Shown here in pieces: positions 1 to 10,594 of a stretch of DNA of 64,000 bases (positions are counted from its first letter, which is position 1; the number at the start of each line of letters is the position of its first letter). The DNA comes from Macrostomum lignano (lineage: Eukaryota): contig NIVC01001270.1 in the NCBI GenBank assembly GCA_002269645.1, positions 82,040 through 146,039 of the forward strand, read 5' to 3'. Under the pieces are notes generated by a model. It made no database searches and was not told the origin of the DNA. It saw only the letters and a program-made list of their open reading frames with translations. Made by a program: the position numbers and the translations under genes.

Positions 1-573
1 TTCATAATTGCTATAATAGCGACGCTCTCGTACAGGCTGCTCGTGCGCACGCGGCACTGTGTGAAATACAAATAGCTTTTTCTTGTTGGAATGCTCAGTT
101 TACCTCGGGCTGCTTTGGGCAGCTTCTCATCTGCCTCATCTTGAGGGAAGTGAGAGCAAGGCAGAGCGGCAGTCGCGGGCTAATTGCAGGCTCTAATGAG
201 CACTGGCGCTACACTGAGCTTTCAATGCGTTTTTCTCTACACTCTCGCTGCATTATAGCTGGCGTCACGAAACGGCGCCGTGCTTGTGGGGCCGGGTGAG
301 GATCTGTAAAAACGAAAAGGGGATCTCTCTTGGTGCGCTTGTCAGGCATATAGAGTGACTGATTGTTAAATAAAGCTAGTTGAATGATTAACTAATTAAT
401 TAAGAAACTGGCATAATCAAATGGCAACCGTGTTCAGACATGAGCCCTGTTCTCATTATTGTTTTTGTTTAATCTATCCGCTTCGTTATCTCTAAAGCTG
501 CCTTTCATATACCTCTCCCTTACTCCCGCTGTTGTGTCTCGGTCTCACCTTCTCTCCCTTTCATGTTCCCTTC

Positions 574-1037
574 CACTCCCTCTATCTGCATCTCACCCCT
601 CTCTCCCTCACTCCCTCTATCTGCATCTCACCCTCTCTTCCTCACTCCCTCTATCTGCATCTCACCCTCTCTTCCTCACTCCTCTATCTGCATCTCACCC
701 CTCTCTTCTTCACTCCCTCTATCTGCATCTCACCCCTCTCTTCCTCACTCCCTCTACCTGCATCTCACCCCTCTCTTCCTCACTCCCTCTACCTGCATCT
801 CACCCCTCTCTTCCTCACTCCCTCTATCTGCATCTCACCCCTCTCTTCTTCACTCCCTCTATCTGCATCTCACCCCTCTCTTCTTCACTCCCTCTATCTG
901 CATCTCACCCCTCTCTTCCTCACTCCCTCTATCTGCATCTCACCCCTCTCTTCTTCACTCCCTCTATCTGCATCTCACCCTCTATTCCTCACTCCCTCTA
1001 TCTGCATCTCACCCTCTTTTCCTCACTCCCTCTATCT
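574..1037. repeat. Minisatellite, 34-35 bp pyrimidine-rich unit (CACTCCCTCTATCTGCATCTCACCCCTCTCTTCCT)
   Basis: Unit repeats in tandem; explains the three overlapping repetitive ORFs at 459-1261. Confidence 0.95.
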
Positions 1038-2009
1038 CGGACAATCTAACTAGCCTTGTGTGGCCTACTCCAGTCCATCAGTTCGATTTTTCTCTCCACT
1101 CTCCTAGAGGAAGAATATTGAATTATTCTTCGCTCCATGCCCAACAAAAAGAGCAGGACTGCTCGCGGCCTCTTCTCTGCTTCTCTAGTTGGCATTGCTC
1201 AATTCCGGATCGCGACTCCCCAATTGGCAGGAGGGTCAGCGGGTGGAGTGCTGGCCGTTGAAAGCGGTCGCAGTTTCCAGCCGAAGATTGAAGACGCATG
1301 GGCATACGTCTAGGTAAACCTTGTTGCTGCTATCAGGCAAGGCCTCTCCTAGGAGACAGCTGGCTGGGTTGGCAAAAGAAGAGAGCGAGACAGAGAGAAG
1401 GAAATTGCATACTCCTCCTAAATTATGATCCTGAGTTTGTGGCGGACTATAGGGGCTGACTGGAGCTTCTCTGCTTTAATCTTCTCTTCTTAATCTTCCC
1501 TGCTTTAGACTAGTCCAGGCCTTTCTACTGTAACTATACAGCATCACCTTTGTAAGGCATTGGATGCTCGTTTTGCAACACACATACAAAACTAACCAAT
1601 CTCTTTTCAGCACTTGAAGAAGTGTCAATAAGTACAACGGAACTGATATGTATCCAAAGTCAACTTCCAGTTCAAGAATTTTATTGCATAGTAAAGGGAA
1701 ACCAGCATTTTTATTGGTTTCAAGCTTTCTGTCTATGGCCAAAACTGAATGGAGAAGTGAGGCAACCCCTGGTTCGATTCCGCAGCTGATCGAGTGGAAA
1801 TCGTTAATCAATCTCACAAGCTGCTCAAATTTCGGCCATACTTTCAACCATAGACAATCGAGTAAACATGGAATGAAGCAATATAAAAACTGCAATTTAG
1901 TTTGCTAATCTCTTGTCAGCCGGTTCGCTAAAATTCGTTTGCACTCAATTTAATAAGTAGGTCCCATTCCCAGAGCAGGAAATTTCGCTTGGACAGAACA
2001 CCGCCTGCG

Positions 2010-2522
2010 ATGCAGTCCAGCGAGCTGGTTGAGGCGACTAGCAAAGCGGCTACAGAACTGCCGGATCTGCCCAAAGGTGTCGTCAGCAGCGACTGTCCAG
2101 CCGCGGATCCGGCGGCCGCTGAATTCCCGGGCGTGCGAAATTTGATCAGAAAGTTTGACAGCTTGGGCGGCGGCAGCAGCGGGGCGTCGTCGGCCAGCGT
2201 TCGCGCCAAGTCGCCGTCGCAGCCACACTTCAAACGGTCAACGACGACGGTTTTAACAGCGGCCGCCAGAGCTCAGGAGGAGGCCGCGGTGTCGTCGCCA
2301 TTAACGGAGGTCACTGCCGAGAGCTCAAAGCCACCGCTTGGAGAAGAAGACGCAAATTTGAACACCAGCGACACCACAGCAGCCGAAGCCAAGAACGAGG
2401 AGGCTGACAATACAGCGACGGTGGCCGCCGCCGTGGACGAACCCGATGCCGAACAGTCGCCAAGTTGCGGCGGCGTCGGTGACATCGGTGGCGCGAATTT
2501 GCTCGAAGATGGCGGCAGCGGT

Positions 2523-2554
<32 letters not shown>

Positions 2555-3147
2555 AGAGATGCAGTCCGCCGTTTGCGACGTGGTAGAATTCGACGATGGT
2601 TCAGTCGACGTTGAGCAGTCGGCAGCCGCTGCTCAGGCTACGAAGGATCCAGCTTCCACTCAGAATGATGAGGCGAATTCGAGCGTCACTGATACGGCCT
2701 CAGCCTCCGCGTCCGGTGCTGCCGGAGATGCGGAGCAACCTGCAGAAGAGGCTGTGGAAGCTCCGGAGTCTGGGGATGGAGAAGAGACTGGCGAGTCAGT
2801 TGAGAAAGCGGAGGAAGCAGAGGAAGAAGCAGATTTGGTGGACGTTGCTCAGGGAGCGGAGGGAGGGCCGGAGGCGGTGACCATGGACCAGTCTGAGACA
2901 TCTGCCGAGATCATACAGGACGCTGCGGACACACCAGAGCCGCCGTCAAAAGCCGTTGCCAAGGTGGTGACGGGATCGCGCAAGCAGCGGCGACAGCAGA
3001 AACTCAAGCAGAAGCAGCAGCAGCGCCAGAGCGGCAAAAGCGCAGACGAGGAGGGCGTCAGCCGGGCCGACTCGATGAACGCGCTCGGGTCTAAGAAGCG
3101 CCGGCCAGCTCTGCTTAGCAACTGCGCCAGGACTCTTAAAAACAAAG
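2010..3147 (+). CDS. Exon of an unidentified acidic, Ala/Ser/Glu-rich low-complexity protein
   Basis: 389-codon GC-rich open frame (1989-3158), first ATG at 2010, candidate phase-1 donor AAAG|GTGACA at 3148. No recognisable domain. The true start may lie in an upstream exon. Confidence 0.6.
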
Positions 3148-3292
3148 GTGACAGTTAGCTGTATTTTTAAATTTTCTTTCTGTTGAATCAGTGCTGCGCC
3201 CTCCTTTGCTGAATCTATTTTGCTAGCAAAGCCGCTTTCCAACTATCTGGCTCTCAGAAATAGTTACTCACCCATCCTGGTCTCTTCTCTTT

Positions 3293-4001
3293 CAATCACT
3301 CCTGCCCCTGCAATCACTCCTGCCCCTGCAATCACTCCTGCCCCTGCAATCACTCCTGCCCTGCAATCACTCCTGCCCTGCAATCACTCCTGCCCCTGCA
3401 ATCACTCCTGCCCCTGCAATCACTCCTGCCCCTGCAATCACTCCTGCCCTGCAATCACTCCTGCCCTGCAATCACTCCTGCCCCTGCAATCACTCCTGCC
3501 CCTGCAATCACTCCTGCCCCTGCAATCACTCCTGCCCCTGCAATCACTCCTGCCCTGCAATCACTCCTGCCCTGCAATCACTCCTGCCCCTGCAATCACT
3601 CCTGCCCCTGCAATCACTCCTGCCCCTGCAATCACTCCTGCCCCAGCAATCACTCCTGCCCCTGCAATCACTCCTGCCTGCAATCACTCCTGCCCCAGCA
3701 ATCACTCCTGCCCTGCAATCACTCCTGCCCCTGCAATCACTCCTGCCCCAGCAATCACTCCTGCCCTGCAATCACTCCTGCCCCTGCAATCACTCCTGCC
3801 CCAGCAATCACTCCTGCCCTGCAATCACTCCTGCCCCTGCAATCACTCCTGCCCTGCAATCACTCCTGCCCTGCAATCACTCCTGCCCCTGCAATCACTC
3901 CTGCCCCTGCAATCACTCCTGCCCCTGCAATCACTCCTGCCCCTGCAATCACTCCTGCCCCTGCAATCACTCCTGCCCCTGCAATCACTCCTGCCCTGCA
4001 A
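3293..4001. repeat. Minisatellite, 17-18 bp unit (CAATCACTCCTGCCCCTG), probably intronic
   Basis: Tandem unit lying between the two putative exons of the first gene. Confidence 0.95.
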
Positions 4002-4041
4002 TGCTAATTCACTGTAGCTTATAAAATCATTTTTTTAAAAG

Positions 4042-4345
4042 TCCGCGACGCCTCGCGCTCGATGCTGTCCCTGGTGGCTCGGACGGACGAGACAATGTCG
4101 GCCACGGGAGCAAAGCAGCGACTTCTGCCAGCGTCGCCGGCCTCCTCTTCAGCCGCTGCCGCCGCTGCCGAGGAGGTGTCGCTTAACGACGATGAAATCG
4201 TTGATGTCGTCGACAACGAGGAGCTGTCGCCGCCGATGCTGTTGCCGCCGCCACCGCCGCCACCGCCGTCGCCTCCGGTGCCTGAAGATTCGGGTCAACA
4301 GCAAGCCAACAACAGCTGCGTCTTGTTGGCAGACCAGCAGCCAAT
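4042..4345 (+). CDS. Probable next exon of the same unidentified gene (Ala/Pro-rich)
   Basis: Candidate acceptor TTTTTTAAAAG| at 4041 is phase-compatible with the 3148 donor; open frame runs to donor CCAAT|GTGAGT at 4346. Downstream exons not identified. Confidence 0.45.
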
Positions 4346-4717
4346 GTGAGTTAACGAATTAACTTGGCGTTCTTTATTGAGAAAATTGCCGTCTAGATGT
4401 TCCATTTTGATTAGATAATGAAAATTTTGACTGACTTTTCATGAGGACGCAACAATCTTGACTGATCCCTGCATGCGTTCCGACTGTTGGTGAATGAGTT
4501 TCTTACGAATAAACCAAAGAAATTCTACAGCTCGGAGTGCCAACTCTTCCCAAACCTCTCATTTATTCATACAAGTCTAGGCTGACCACAGTTCCTCAGT
4601 TTACACAAAAAAGGCGCGTTCTTTTATTTTACTAAATTGATCATAACTTCCGGGTTTGGTTGCATCTCGATTTCTGCAAGTTTAGTCTCGTTTTAAAACA
4701 TGATGGTTAAATCCTTT

Positions 4718-4950
4718 TGTTATGTCTTCTTTTACACCGAAGAAAGACGGAAGATAGTGTTTGAGCGTTTGCGAGCTTATGCCACTCGAGAGCATAGCCG
4801 TTTCAGAAACTTAATATATTTCTTTGGCTCGCGAGCCGTCTCAAGCATTTAATACTGTACCGAGTATCTAGAGTTTCAACCCTAGACACTTTAGAAGCAG
4901 AAAGCAAACGAGGCCGAAGTCTATAAGAAGTCAGAAGTCACGTCACAACA
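4718..4950 (-). repeat. 3' LTR of the Mag-like element (233 bp)
   Basis: TGTTATG...CACAACA on the plus strand; matches 8689-8789 plus 10212-10343. Confidence 0.97.
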
Positions 4951-4962
4951 TCCCTCTTCCTT
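4951..4962 (-). other. Polypurine tract AAGGAAGAGGGA
   Basis: Purine run between the ORF stop codon and the 3' LTR. Confidence 0.9.
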
Positions 4963-7900
4963 TCAATCTTGAGCCTGATACCTCTCCGGCGGTCTTCGCG
5001 TTCGCTGAGGGTATCTGCGATCCGCCATCGGTTGATCCTCAGCACTTGGAGGTTCTCTCACTGGCTCATTCGTTGCCTCGGCTCTGTCCCTGACATGGTC
5101 ACGGTGCACGACCAGATCTCGTCCTTGCTCGTCCCGCACTCGTCTCAACTGTTCGCCGACAGCTTCGCGCAGCACTCCTTCCCTCCACTCCTTGTTAAAC
5201 GGATCCTGGACCCAGACTGGGCTGTAGGCTTGGTCAATCTGCTTGTCTTGAAAGGACCGACGGTGCAGCAGTGAGAGTCTCGTGTTGAACTCGCGCCCAA
5301 ACATTTCTCGGCACGGCGCGACTCCGTTGGCTCTTGGACAGACTCGCACCGCGTACAAAGCCTGTTGCATCCGAACCTCCGGATCTGGGTCATTCAGCTG
5401 CTTCAGCTTGGTCTTCAGCTTTTTCACTGCAGCCTCTGCTACGCCATTTGATGCGGGGTGGTAGCGGGGAGACTTCAGGTGTAACACTCCCATCCGCTTC
5501 AGCCAGGCCTCCGTCTCATGCGCCACAAACTGTCGTCCGTTGTCAGTGACTAGTACATCTGGGATACCAAAGTTGCAAAATGTTCTGCGGAGTACTCTGA
5601 TGACCGACGTTGCATCGATTTCGCGCACCCATTCGGCAGCGATGAATCCCGTCTTGGCGTCTGAAACCACCAGAAAGTTGCTTCCATCCAGTTGTCCCAG
5701 GTCAGCGTGCACTCGGCACCAAGCCTCCTTTGGTACTGGCCATGGTTTGAGCACCGATTTCTGGGATGGTCTCATGCGCTGGCACGTGTGGCATTCCGAA
5801 ACGCACTTTTCTATCTCTGTCTCCATTAGCGGCCACCAGACATCCTGGCGGGCCCACGCCTTCATGGCTTGCATTCCGGGATGGGAACAGTGGAGAAATT
5901 GGATGACTTGCGCTCGGAACTTCACCGGGATGACGATCCGATGGTCCAGTAGCAGTAGATGGTCGCTGCAATTCAGTCTGCACTGTACTCTTCTGTATGA
6001 GTCCGGCACGTCCTCACCAGATCGCAACCTCTGTAGAACGTCTTGGATCTCCTTGTCCTCCTTGGACGCCTGCTCCATCTGATCCTTCGTGACTGGTCCA
6101 TCTTCTGACAGGGCGATGTCCACCGCAGCAACTTCGTTAACCGCTTCAGTCGCCGTTTTGTCGCTCCAGTTATTTCCGTCAGTTGGTAGTCTCGACAACG
6201 CGTCGGCATGAGGAATTTCGTGCGTTCTTTTGCCTCTGACTAGGTACTGGTACGTAGCCAGCAACTCAGCCCAGCGCTGAACTCTCTTACTTGCTCTCTC
6301 GGGCAGGTCTTTGTGTGATGCGAATAAGAATTCTAGAGGCTTGTGATCGGTCACAATCACAAAACTCCGATAAGCTAGGAATCGATTTAGCTTCTTGACG
6401 CACCAGACCACTCCGAGGGCTTCTCGTTCTAGCTGGCTGTATCGCGACTCCGCAGGTGTGAATATCTTGGACACAAACGCTACAGGCCTTCCATTCTGCT
6501 CCAGCACTCCTCCAATGCCGTAGGGCGATGCATCTGTAGTCAGAGTTAGCTCCTTACTTGGATCGTACGGCGCTAGCACCTGCCTTGGTGTAATGTCCTG
6601 CTTCAATTGCATCACGGCCTTCGTGTGTTCTTGTTGCCATGTCCAGTTGACATCTTTCTTCAGCAAGTTATACAGAATGGCAGTCTTCGTGGCCACTTGC
6701 GGGATGAACGGCGCATAGAAATTTATCAGTCCCAGAAATGTTCTCAGCTCTTCCTGGTTTCTTGGATCTTCCATGCTTTGTATTGCCGTCACCTTATCCT
6801 CGTTCATGCAGCATCCCTCCTTTGAGATCTTAAGGGCTAGAAATTCGACCTCTTCCTTGTCGAACTGGCACTTCTTAGCATTCAGTGTGATGTCATTTTC
6901 TTGCAGCCTTTTAAGTATTATTTCCGTCTTCTCAGCTAAATTTTCCCGGTTTTTTCCACAGACTAGAATGTCGTCAATGAACACCACCACTCCGAGGACA
7001 TCCCGAAGCAACTCGCATAGTGTGTTCTGAAACAATCCAGGAGCAGATGACAGTCCGTATGGTAATACCCTGTACCGAAAGTGACCAAAAGGTGTTGCGA
7101 TAGTAGTGATATCCCGTGAGTCCTCGCACAGCTCCAGGTTATGGTATGCATCCTTCAAATCTAGCACAGTGAAACGGCTGCATCCTGAGATGGCTCGTTG
7201 CACATCCGCCTTTGTTGGCATATCGATTGGCGGTAGCCGTAAAAACTGGTTGACCCGTCTATAGTCTCCACACAGCCTGATGTCTCCCGAGCTTTTGGGA
7301 ACGACCACAATCGGACTAGCGAACACCGGCTGTTCTACTTTTTCAATTATCTTCCGCTTTTCCAGATCTTCTAATCTTTCCTTAACGGCTGGTACCAGCG
7401 AAAATGGGAGTGGTCGGGCCCTCGATACCACCGGTCTCGTGTTTTCTCGTACTTCCAACTTCACTTGAATTCGCTTATAAGCCACTGAAGCTTGACAACG
7501 GCGTTTGGTAACTTCGATACCCAAACTACTAAACCAATTTCGGCCAATAACCGGCTTTGCGTTCATGTCCATGACTACCACTGGTAATGAGCACTTACTT
7601 TCATCTTCGGTCTGAACTCGAACATCTGCGGTACCACATACTGGTAGGTCTTGTCCTCCGTATGATGTTAGTCGACAATTTGGGTCTGTCCAATGCAGTC
7701 CTAGTTGTTCAGCCAAAATCTTAGAAATGCAGGTCACTGATGCACCAGAGTCCACCATCATAGCAACGTCCTTATCGTTCAGTTTTACATTGATCCAGAC
7801 GCTTGATCTGTCCCGGTCATCGCATAGGCTAAAAAGCTCATTGTCCTTGGCTGGTTCATCCTCCTCCTCGATTCCTGCACACTCTCGCATTGACAACTTT

Positions 7901-8688
7901 CCTTTAATGGAGCCAGATGCCATCCTTCCATGTGAGCTAGCTTGCTTGTTAAGCTTACATGCAGCTTCAAAATGGTTTATTTTCCCACATTTTCGACATT
8001 TTGCTCCAAACGCAGGGCATGCCTTTGGCGGGTGCCTCTTCATACAGAAATTGCAAGCCTTGCTGAATGTGCGTCCTTGAGCTTGGGCCCTGTTTTGTTG
8101 TCGTACTCTGCCCTTAGTCGCACTGACTGTTTCCACCTTTCCATTAGCGCTTAAGGCACTCTTGCTTACTTGCTCTTGCGCCGTGGCGGTCTCCACTGCC
8201 AGCTCCAGGGTCAGCGGGTCTTTGATAAGCAGCTCTTTCACCACCGACTCACTGCGCAGTCCTGCCACGAATCTGTCTCGCAAAGCTTCCTGTAGGAAAT
8301 CTCCGAATTGACATCGGTCTGCTTGAGCACGTAACCTGTTCTCAAAATCTGCCGCTGATTCGTATTCATCTTGCTTCAGTAAGTTAAACTTGTAGCGCTC
8401 AGCTACAACCAGTTTCTTCTGCGGCACGACATGCTTCTCAATTTCATCCTTCAATTCCTTGAAGGTCTTGTTCTCTGGCTTCGCCGGAGCGACCAGGTTC
8501 CGCAGCTTGTCGTAGGCAGTTTCCCCCATGAGGCTTATGAAGAAGTCGGTCTTGGGCGAAAACCCTTCCTCCTTCTCATCCTTCACGCCGGATCTCCTGC
8601 AGACGGCTTCAAACCGCTCGATCCAGGCCTCGAATTTGTCCTCTGTCCAGGGAAGCTCCCGCAGGTTCTCTCGAGACAGCGACGCCAT
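4963..8688 (-). CDS. gag-pol: Gag-Pol polyprotein (1241 aa from ATG 8688)
   Basis: CCHC knuckle (CRKCGKINHFEAAC), protease VDSGAS, RT (LCGDYRRVN, LDLKDAY, FIDD), RNase H (TDASPYG, EREAL, TDHKPL, ADALSR), integrase HHCC and DDE (HADLG, TDNG, SNGVAE). No stops or frameshifts. Confidence 0.97.
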   Translation of the reverse strand: MASLSRENLRELPWTEDKFEAWIERFEAVCRRSGVKDEKEEGFSPKTDFFISLMGETAYDKLRNLVAPAKPENKTFKELKDEIEKHVVPQKKLVVAERYKFNLLKQDEYESAADFENRLRAQADRCQFGDFLQEALRDRFVAGLRSESVVKELLIKDPLTLELAVETATAQEQVSKSALSANGKVETVSATKGRVRQQNRAQAQGRTFSKACNFCMKRHPPKACPAFGAKCRKCGKINHFEAACKLNKQASSHGRMASGSIKGKLSMRECAGIEEEDEPAKDNELFSLCDDRDRSSVWINVKLNDKDVAMMVDSGASVTCISKILAEQLGLHWTDPNCRLTSYGGQDLPVCGTADVRVQTEDESKCSLPVVVMDMNAKPVIGRNWFSSLGIEVTKRRCQASVAYKRIQVKLEVRENTRPVVSRARPLPFSLVPAVKERLEDLEKRKIIEKVEQPVFASPIVVVPKSSGDIRLCGDYRRVNQFLRLPPIDMPTKADVQRAISGCSRFTVLDLKDAYHNLELCEDSRDITTIATPFGHFRYRVLPYGLSSAPGLFQNTLCELLRDVLGVVVFIDDILVCGKNRENLAEKTEIILKRLQENDITLNAKKCQFDKEEVEFLALKISKEGCCMNEDKVTAIQSMEDPRNQEELRTFLGLINFYAPFIPQVATKTAILYNLLKKDVNWTWQQEHTKAVMQLKQDITPRQVLAPYDPSKELTLTTDASPYGIGGVLEQNGRPVAFVSKIFTPAESRYSQLEREALGVVWCVKKLNRFLAYRSFVIVTDHKPLEFLFASHKDLPERASKRVQRWAELLATYQYLVRGKRTHEIPHADALSRLPTDGNNWSDKTATEAVNEVAAVDIALSEDGPVTKDQMEQASKEDKEIQDVLQRLRSGEDVPDSYRRVQCRLNCSDHLLLLDHRIVIPVKFRAQVIQFLHCSHPGMQAMKAWARQDVWWPLMETEIEKCVSECHTCQRMRPSQKSVLKPWPVPKEAWCRVHADLGQLDGSNFLVVSDAKTGFIAAEWVREIDATSVIRVLRRTFCNFGIPDVLVTDNGRQFVAHETEAWLKRMGVLHLKSPRYHPASNGVAEAAVKKLKTKLKQLNDPDPEVRMQQALYAVRVCPRANGVAPCREMFGREFNTRLSLLHRRSFQDKQIDQAYSPVWVQDPFNKEWREGVLREAVGEQLRRVRDEQGRDLVVHRDHVRDRAEATNEPVREPPSAEDQPMADRRYPQRTRRPPERYQAQD
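8677..8687 (-). other. Primer-binding site TGGCGTCGCTG (tRNA ending CAGCGACG-CCA, Ser-like discriminator G)
   Basis: TGG begins 1 nt inside the 5' LTR boundary. The tRNA identity is inferred. Confidence 0.7.
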
Positions 8689-8789
8689 TGTTATGTCTTC
8701 TTTTACACCGAAGAAAGACGGAAGATAGTGTTTGAGCGTTTGCGAGCTTATGCCACTCGAGAGCATAGCCGTTTCAGAAACTTAATATA

Positions 8790-10205
8790 CCTTTTTACGT
8801 TCTATTTGATAAAAACTGCAACCAATTTGGCCACGGCTCAGCCTGACCATAGACATAGAATTTTCCATAGACAGCCACCGCTAGCGGCAACCAATTTGGT
8901 AAAAACTGCGAGCTATTTTGCCAGCTTGAAGATAGCAGCTGCTCTGATGGCGAATCGTTGGCCGTACCAAAAAATAAGTCAGCTGGATCGAGAGCGAATC
9001 GTGAGAGCGTACAGGAGTGGCGACGACTGGGGAGAGCTTGGCAGAATGATGGGGATGAAGAAACCGACAGTGAGGAACATCGTGACCACGTATGAACGAA
9101 CTGGTAGAGTTGGCACTCTGCCAAAAGGAGGAGTGAAGAGGATGGCGCTGACGGAGGCTATGGTGGACACCATTGTTCAATTCGTCGAAGGTCAACCTAC
9201 TGCGACGCTGCAACAAATGAGAGAGCACCTGCTGCACCAACACAATGACGTTGCCAACGTGAGTCTGACCACTATCAGTCGTGCTCTGGATGGTCGCCTC
9301 ATCACCCTGAAGTTACTGCGCCAGGTACCTGTGAACTGGAACATGCCTGTTACAAAGGAGGCGCGAAGGATGCACGTTGAATGGATGCTGGACGAGGGAA
9401 GCCAGGTGAACACCATCTTCATGGACGAGTTTGGGGTGAACATCTGGACGGCGAGGACTCAAGGCCGCTCAGCGAAGGGGCTCCCAGCTGTGACTGTCGT
9501 CAGCGGACAGCGTGGGCAGAATCTCACCATCTGCCTGGCCATCTCGCAACTCGGCCTGATTCACAGCACTCTCGTCGAAGGAGGCTTTAAGAACGAGCAC
9601 TTCATGGAATTCCTCTCTGAGATCGATGTTCTGATGGAAGAGGAGTTTGTGCTACTGTCCGATGGGGCTCGCACTCACCTAGGTGTCCCTGGGATGTCTG
9701 AAGGTCATGCTCACCGATTCCTGCCTCCATACTCGCCGTTCATCAACCCGGCGGAGTACGCAGGCTCAGCGCTGAAGGCCAAGCTGAAAACGCAATTGCA
9801 ATCACCTGCCATTCAGCTCGAGGTGGCAGATACTGGACTGGCTGCTGCAGCAGGTGCGACATTGCATCAGCACAGGATGCGCATTCTGAAGAGAGAAGTG
9901 CAGCAAGCACTGAACTGCATCACGCCTCTCAAGTGCCTGCGCTGGATCAACCATTCCCAGACGTACTTCAATCGGTGCTTGAATGCTGAGGACATAATGT
10001 TCTGACTTCGTGCATGTATTGTTAACATTCTTTATCGTTATTGTTATGCTATTGAGCTGCTATCTTCAAGCTGGCAAAATAGCTCGCAGTTTTTACCAAA
10101 TTGGTTGCCGCTAGCGGTGGCTGTCTATGGAAAATTCTATGTCTATGGTCAGGCTGAGCCGTGGCCAAATTGGTTGCAGTTTTTATCAAATAGAACGTAA
10201 AAAGG
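8790..10205 (+). mobile_element. IS630/Tc1/mariner-superfamily DNA transposon, 1416 bp, 151-bp TIRs
   Basis: TIRs at 8790-8940 and 10055-10205 (CCTTTTTACG...CGTAAAAAGG) appear perfect; AATATA on both sides; single transposase ORF between them. Confidence 0.95.
8947..10005 (+). CDS. DDE transposase, IS630-like (352 aa), DD30E
   Basis: N-terminal HTH-like region, then IFMDE, LLSDGARTH and LPPYSPFINPAE motifs. ATG lies 7 nt after the left TIR. Confidence 0.93.
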   Translation: MANRWPYQKISQLDRERIVRAYRSGDDWGELGRMMGMKKPTVRNIVTTYERTGRVGTLPKGGVKRMALTEAMVDTIVQFVEGQPTATLQQMREHLLHQHNDVANVSLTTISRALDGRLITLKLLRQVPVNWNMPVTKEARRMHVEWMLDEGSQVNTIFMDEFGVNIWTARTQGRSAKGLPAVTVVSGQRGQNLTICLAISQLGLIHSTLVEGGFKNEHFMEFLSEIDVLMEEEFVLLSDGARTHLGVPGMSEGHAHRFLPPYSPFINPAEYAGSALKAKLKTQLQSPAIQLEVADTGLAAAAGATLHQHRMRILKREVQQALNCITPLKCLRWINHSQTYFNRCLNAEDIMF

Positions 10206-10594
10206 AATATATTTCTTTGGCTCGCGAGCCGTCTCAAGCATTTAATACTGTACCGAGTATCTAGAGTTTCAACCCTAGACACTTTAGAAGCAGAAAGCAA
10301 ACGAGGCCGAAGTCCAAAAGAAGTCAGAAGTCACGTCACAACACCTTTGTTATTGAGTAAGAATTATAAAAAATAGGCCAGGAAGCTGGCGCTGACAAAA
10401 GTTTAAAAACAATTTTTCAGTTTTTCAAACATTTACTAATTTTAGCCGAAATAGTTTACGAAAGTAGTACGAGCCGTATTGTAAATCTGATCAACCAAAC
10501 CTTTTTTATAAACTTCAAAACTCATCGTAAAAACCAAACCAAACCAACCACCCCACCTCACTTCATCTCATATGTTCAATCCAATAAATTCCTT

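Larger units (their letters stand above)
4718..10343 (-). mobile_element. Full-length Ty3/gypsy LTR retrotransposon, Mag-like (short LTRs, single gag-pol ORF)
   Basis: TG...CA LTRs of 233 bp, 5-bp TSD CCTTT (4713-4717 and 10344-10348), PPT, PBS and an intact ORF with domain order PR-RT-RH-IN. Only 2 LTR mismatches seen (CTATA vs CCAAA). Confidence 0.97.
8689..10343 (-). repeat. 5' LTR of the Mag-like element, split by a DNA transposon
   Basis: 8689-8789 plus 10212-10343 reconstitute the 233-bp LTR. Confidence 0.95.

Noticed and set aside
1138-1895. A 58-codon plus-strand ORF (1138) and a 139-codon minus-strand ORF (1476-1895)
   Set aside because: No recognisable motif or consistent splice structure.
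8689-8766. 26-codon extension of gag-pol listed in the ORF track
   Set aside because: Lies in the LTR and starts at a non-ATG codon; ATG 8688 is preferred.
8431-8946. N-terminal extension of the 524-aa ORF upstream of the transposase ATG
   Set aside because: It runs through antisense gag, the LTR and the TIR; the real start is ATG 8947 inside the element.
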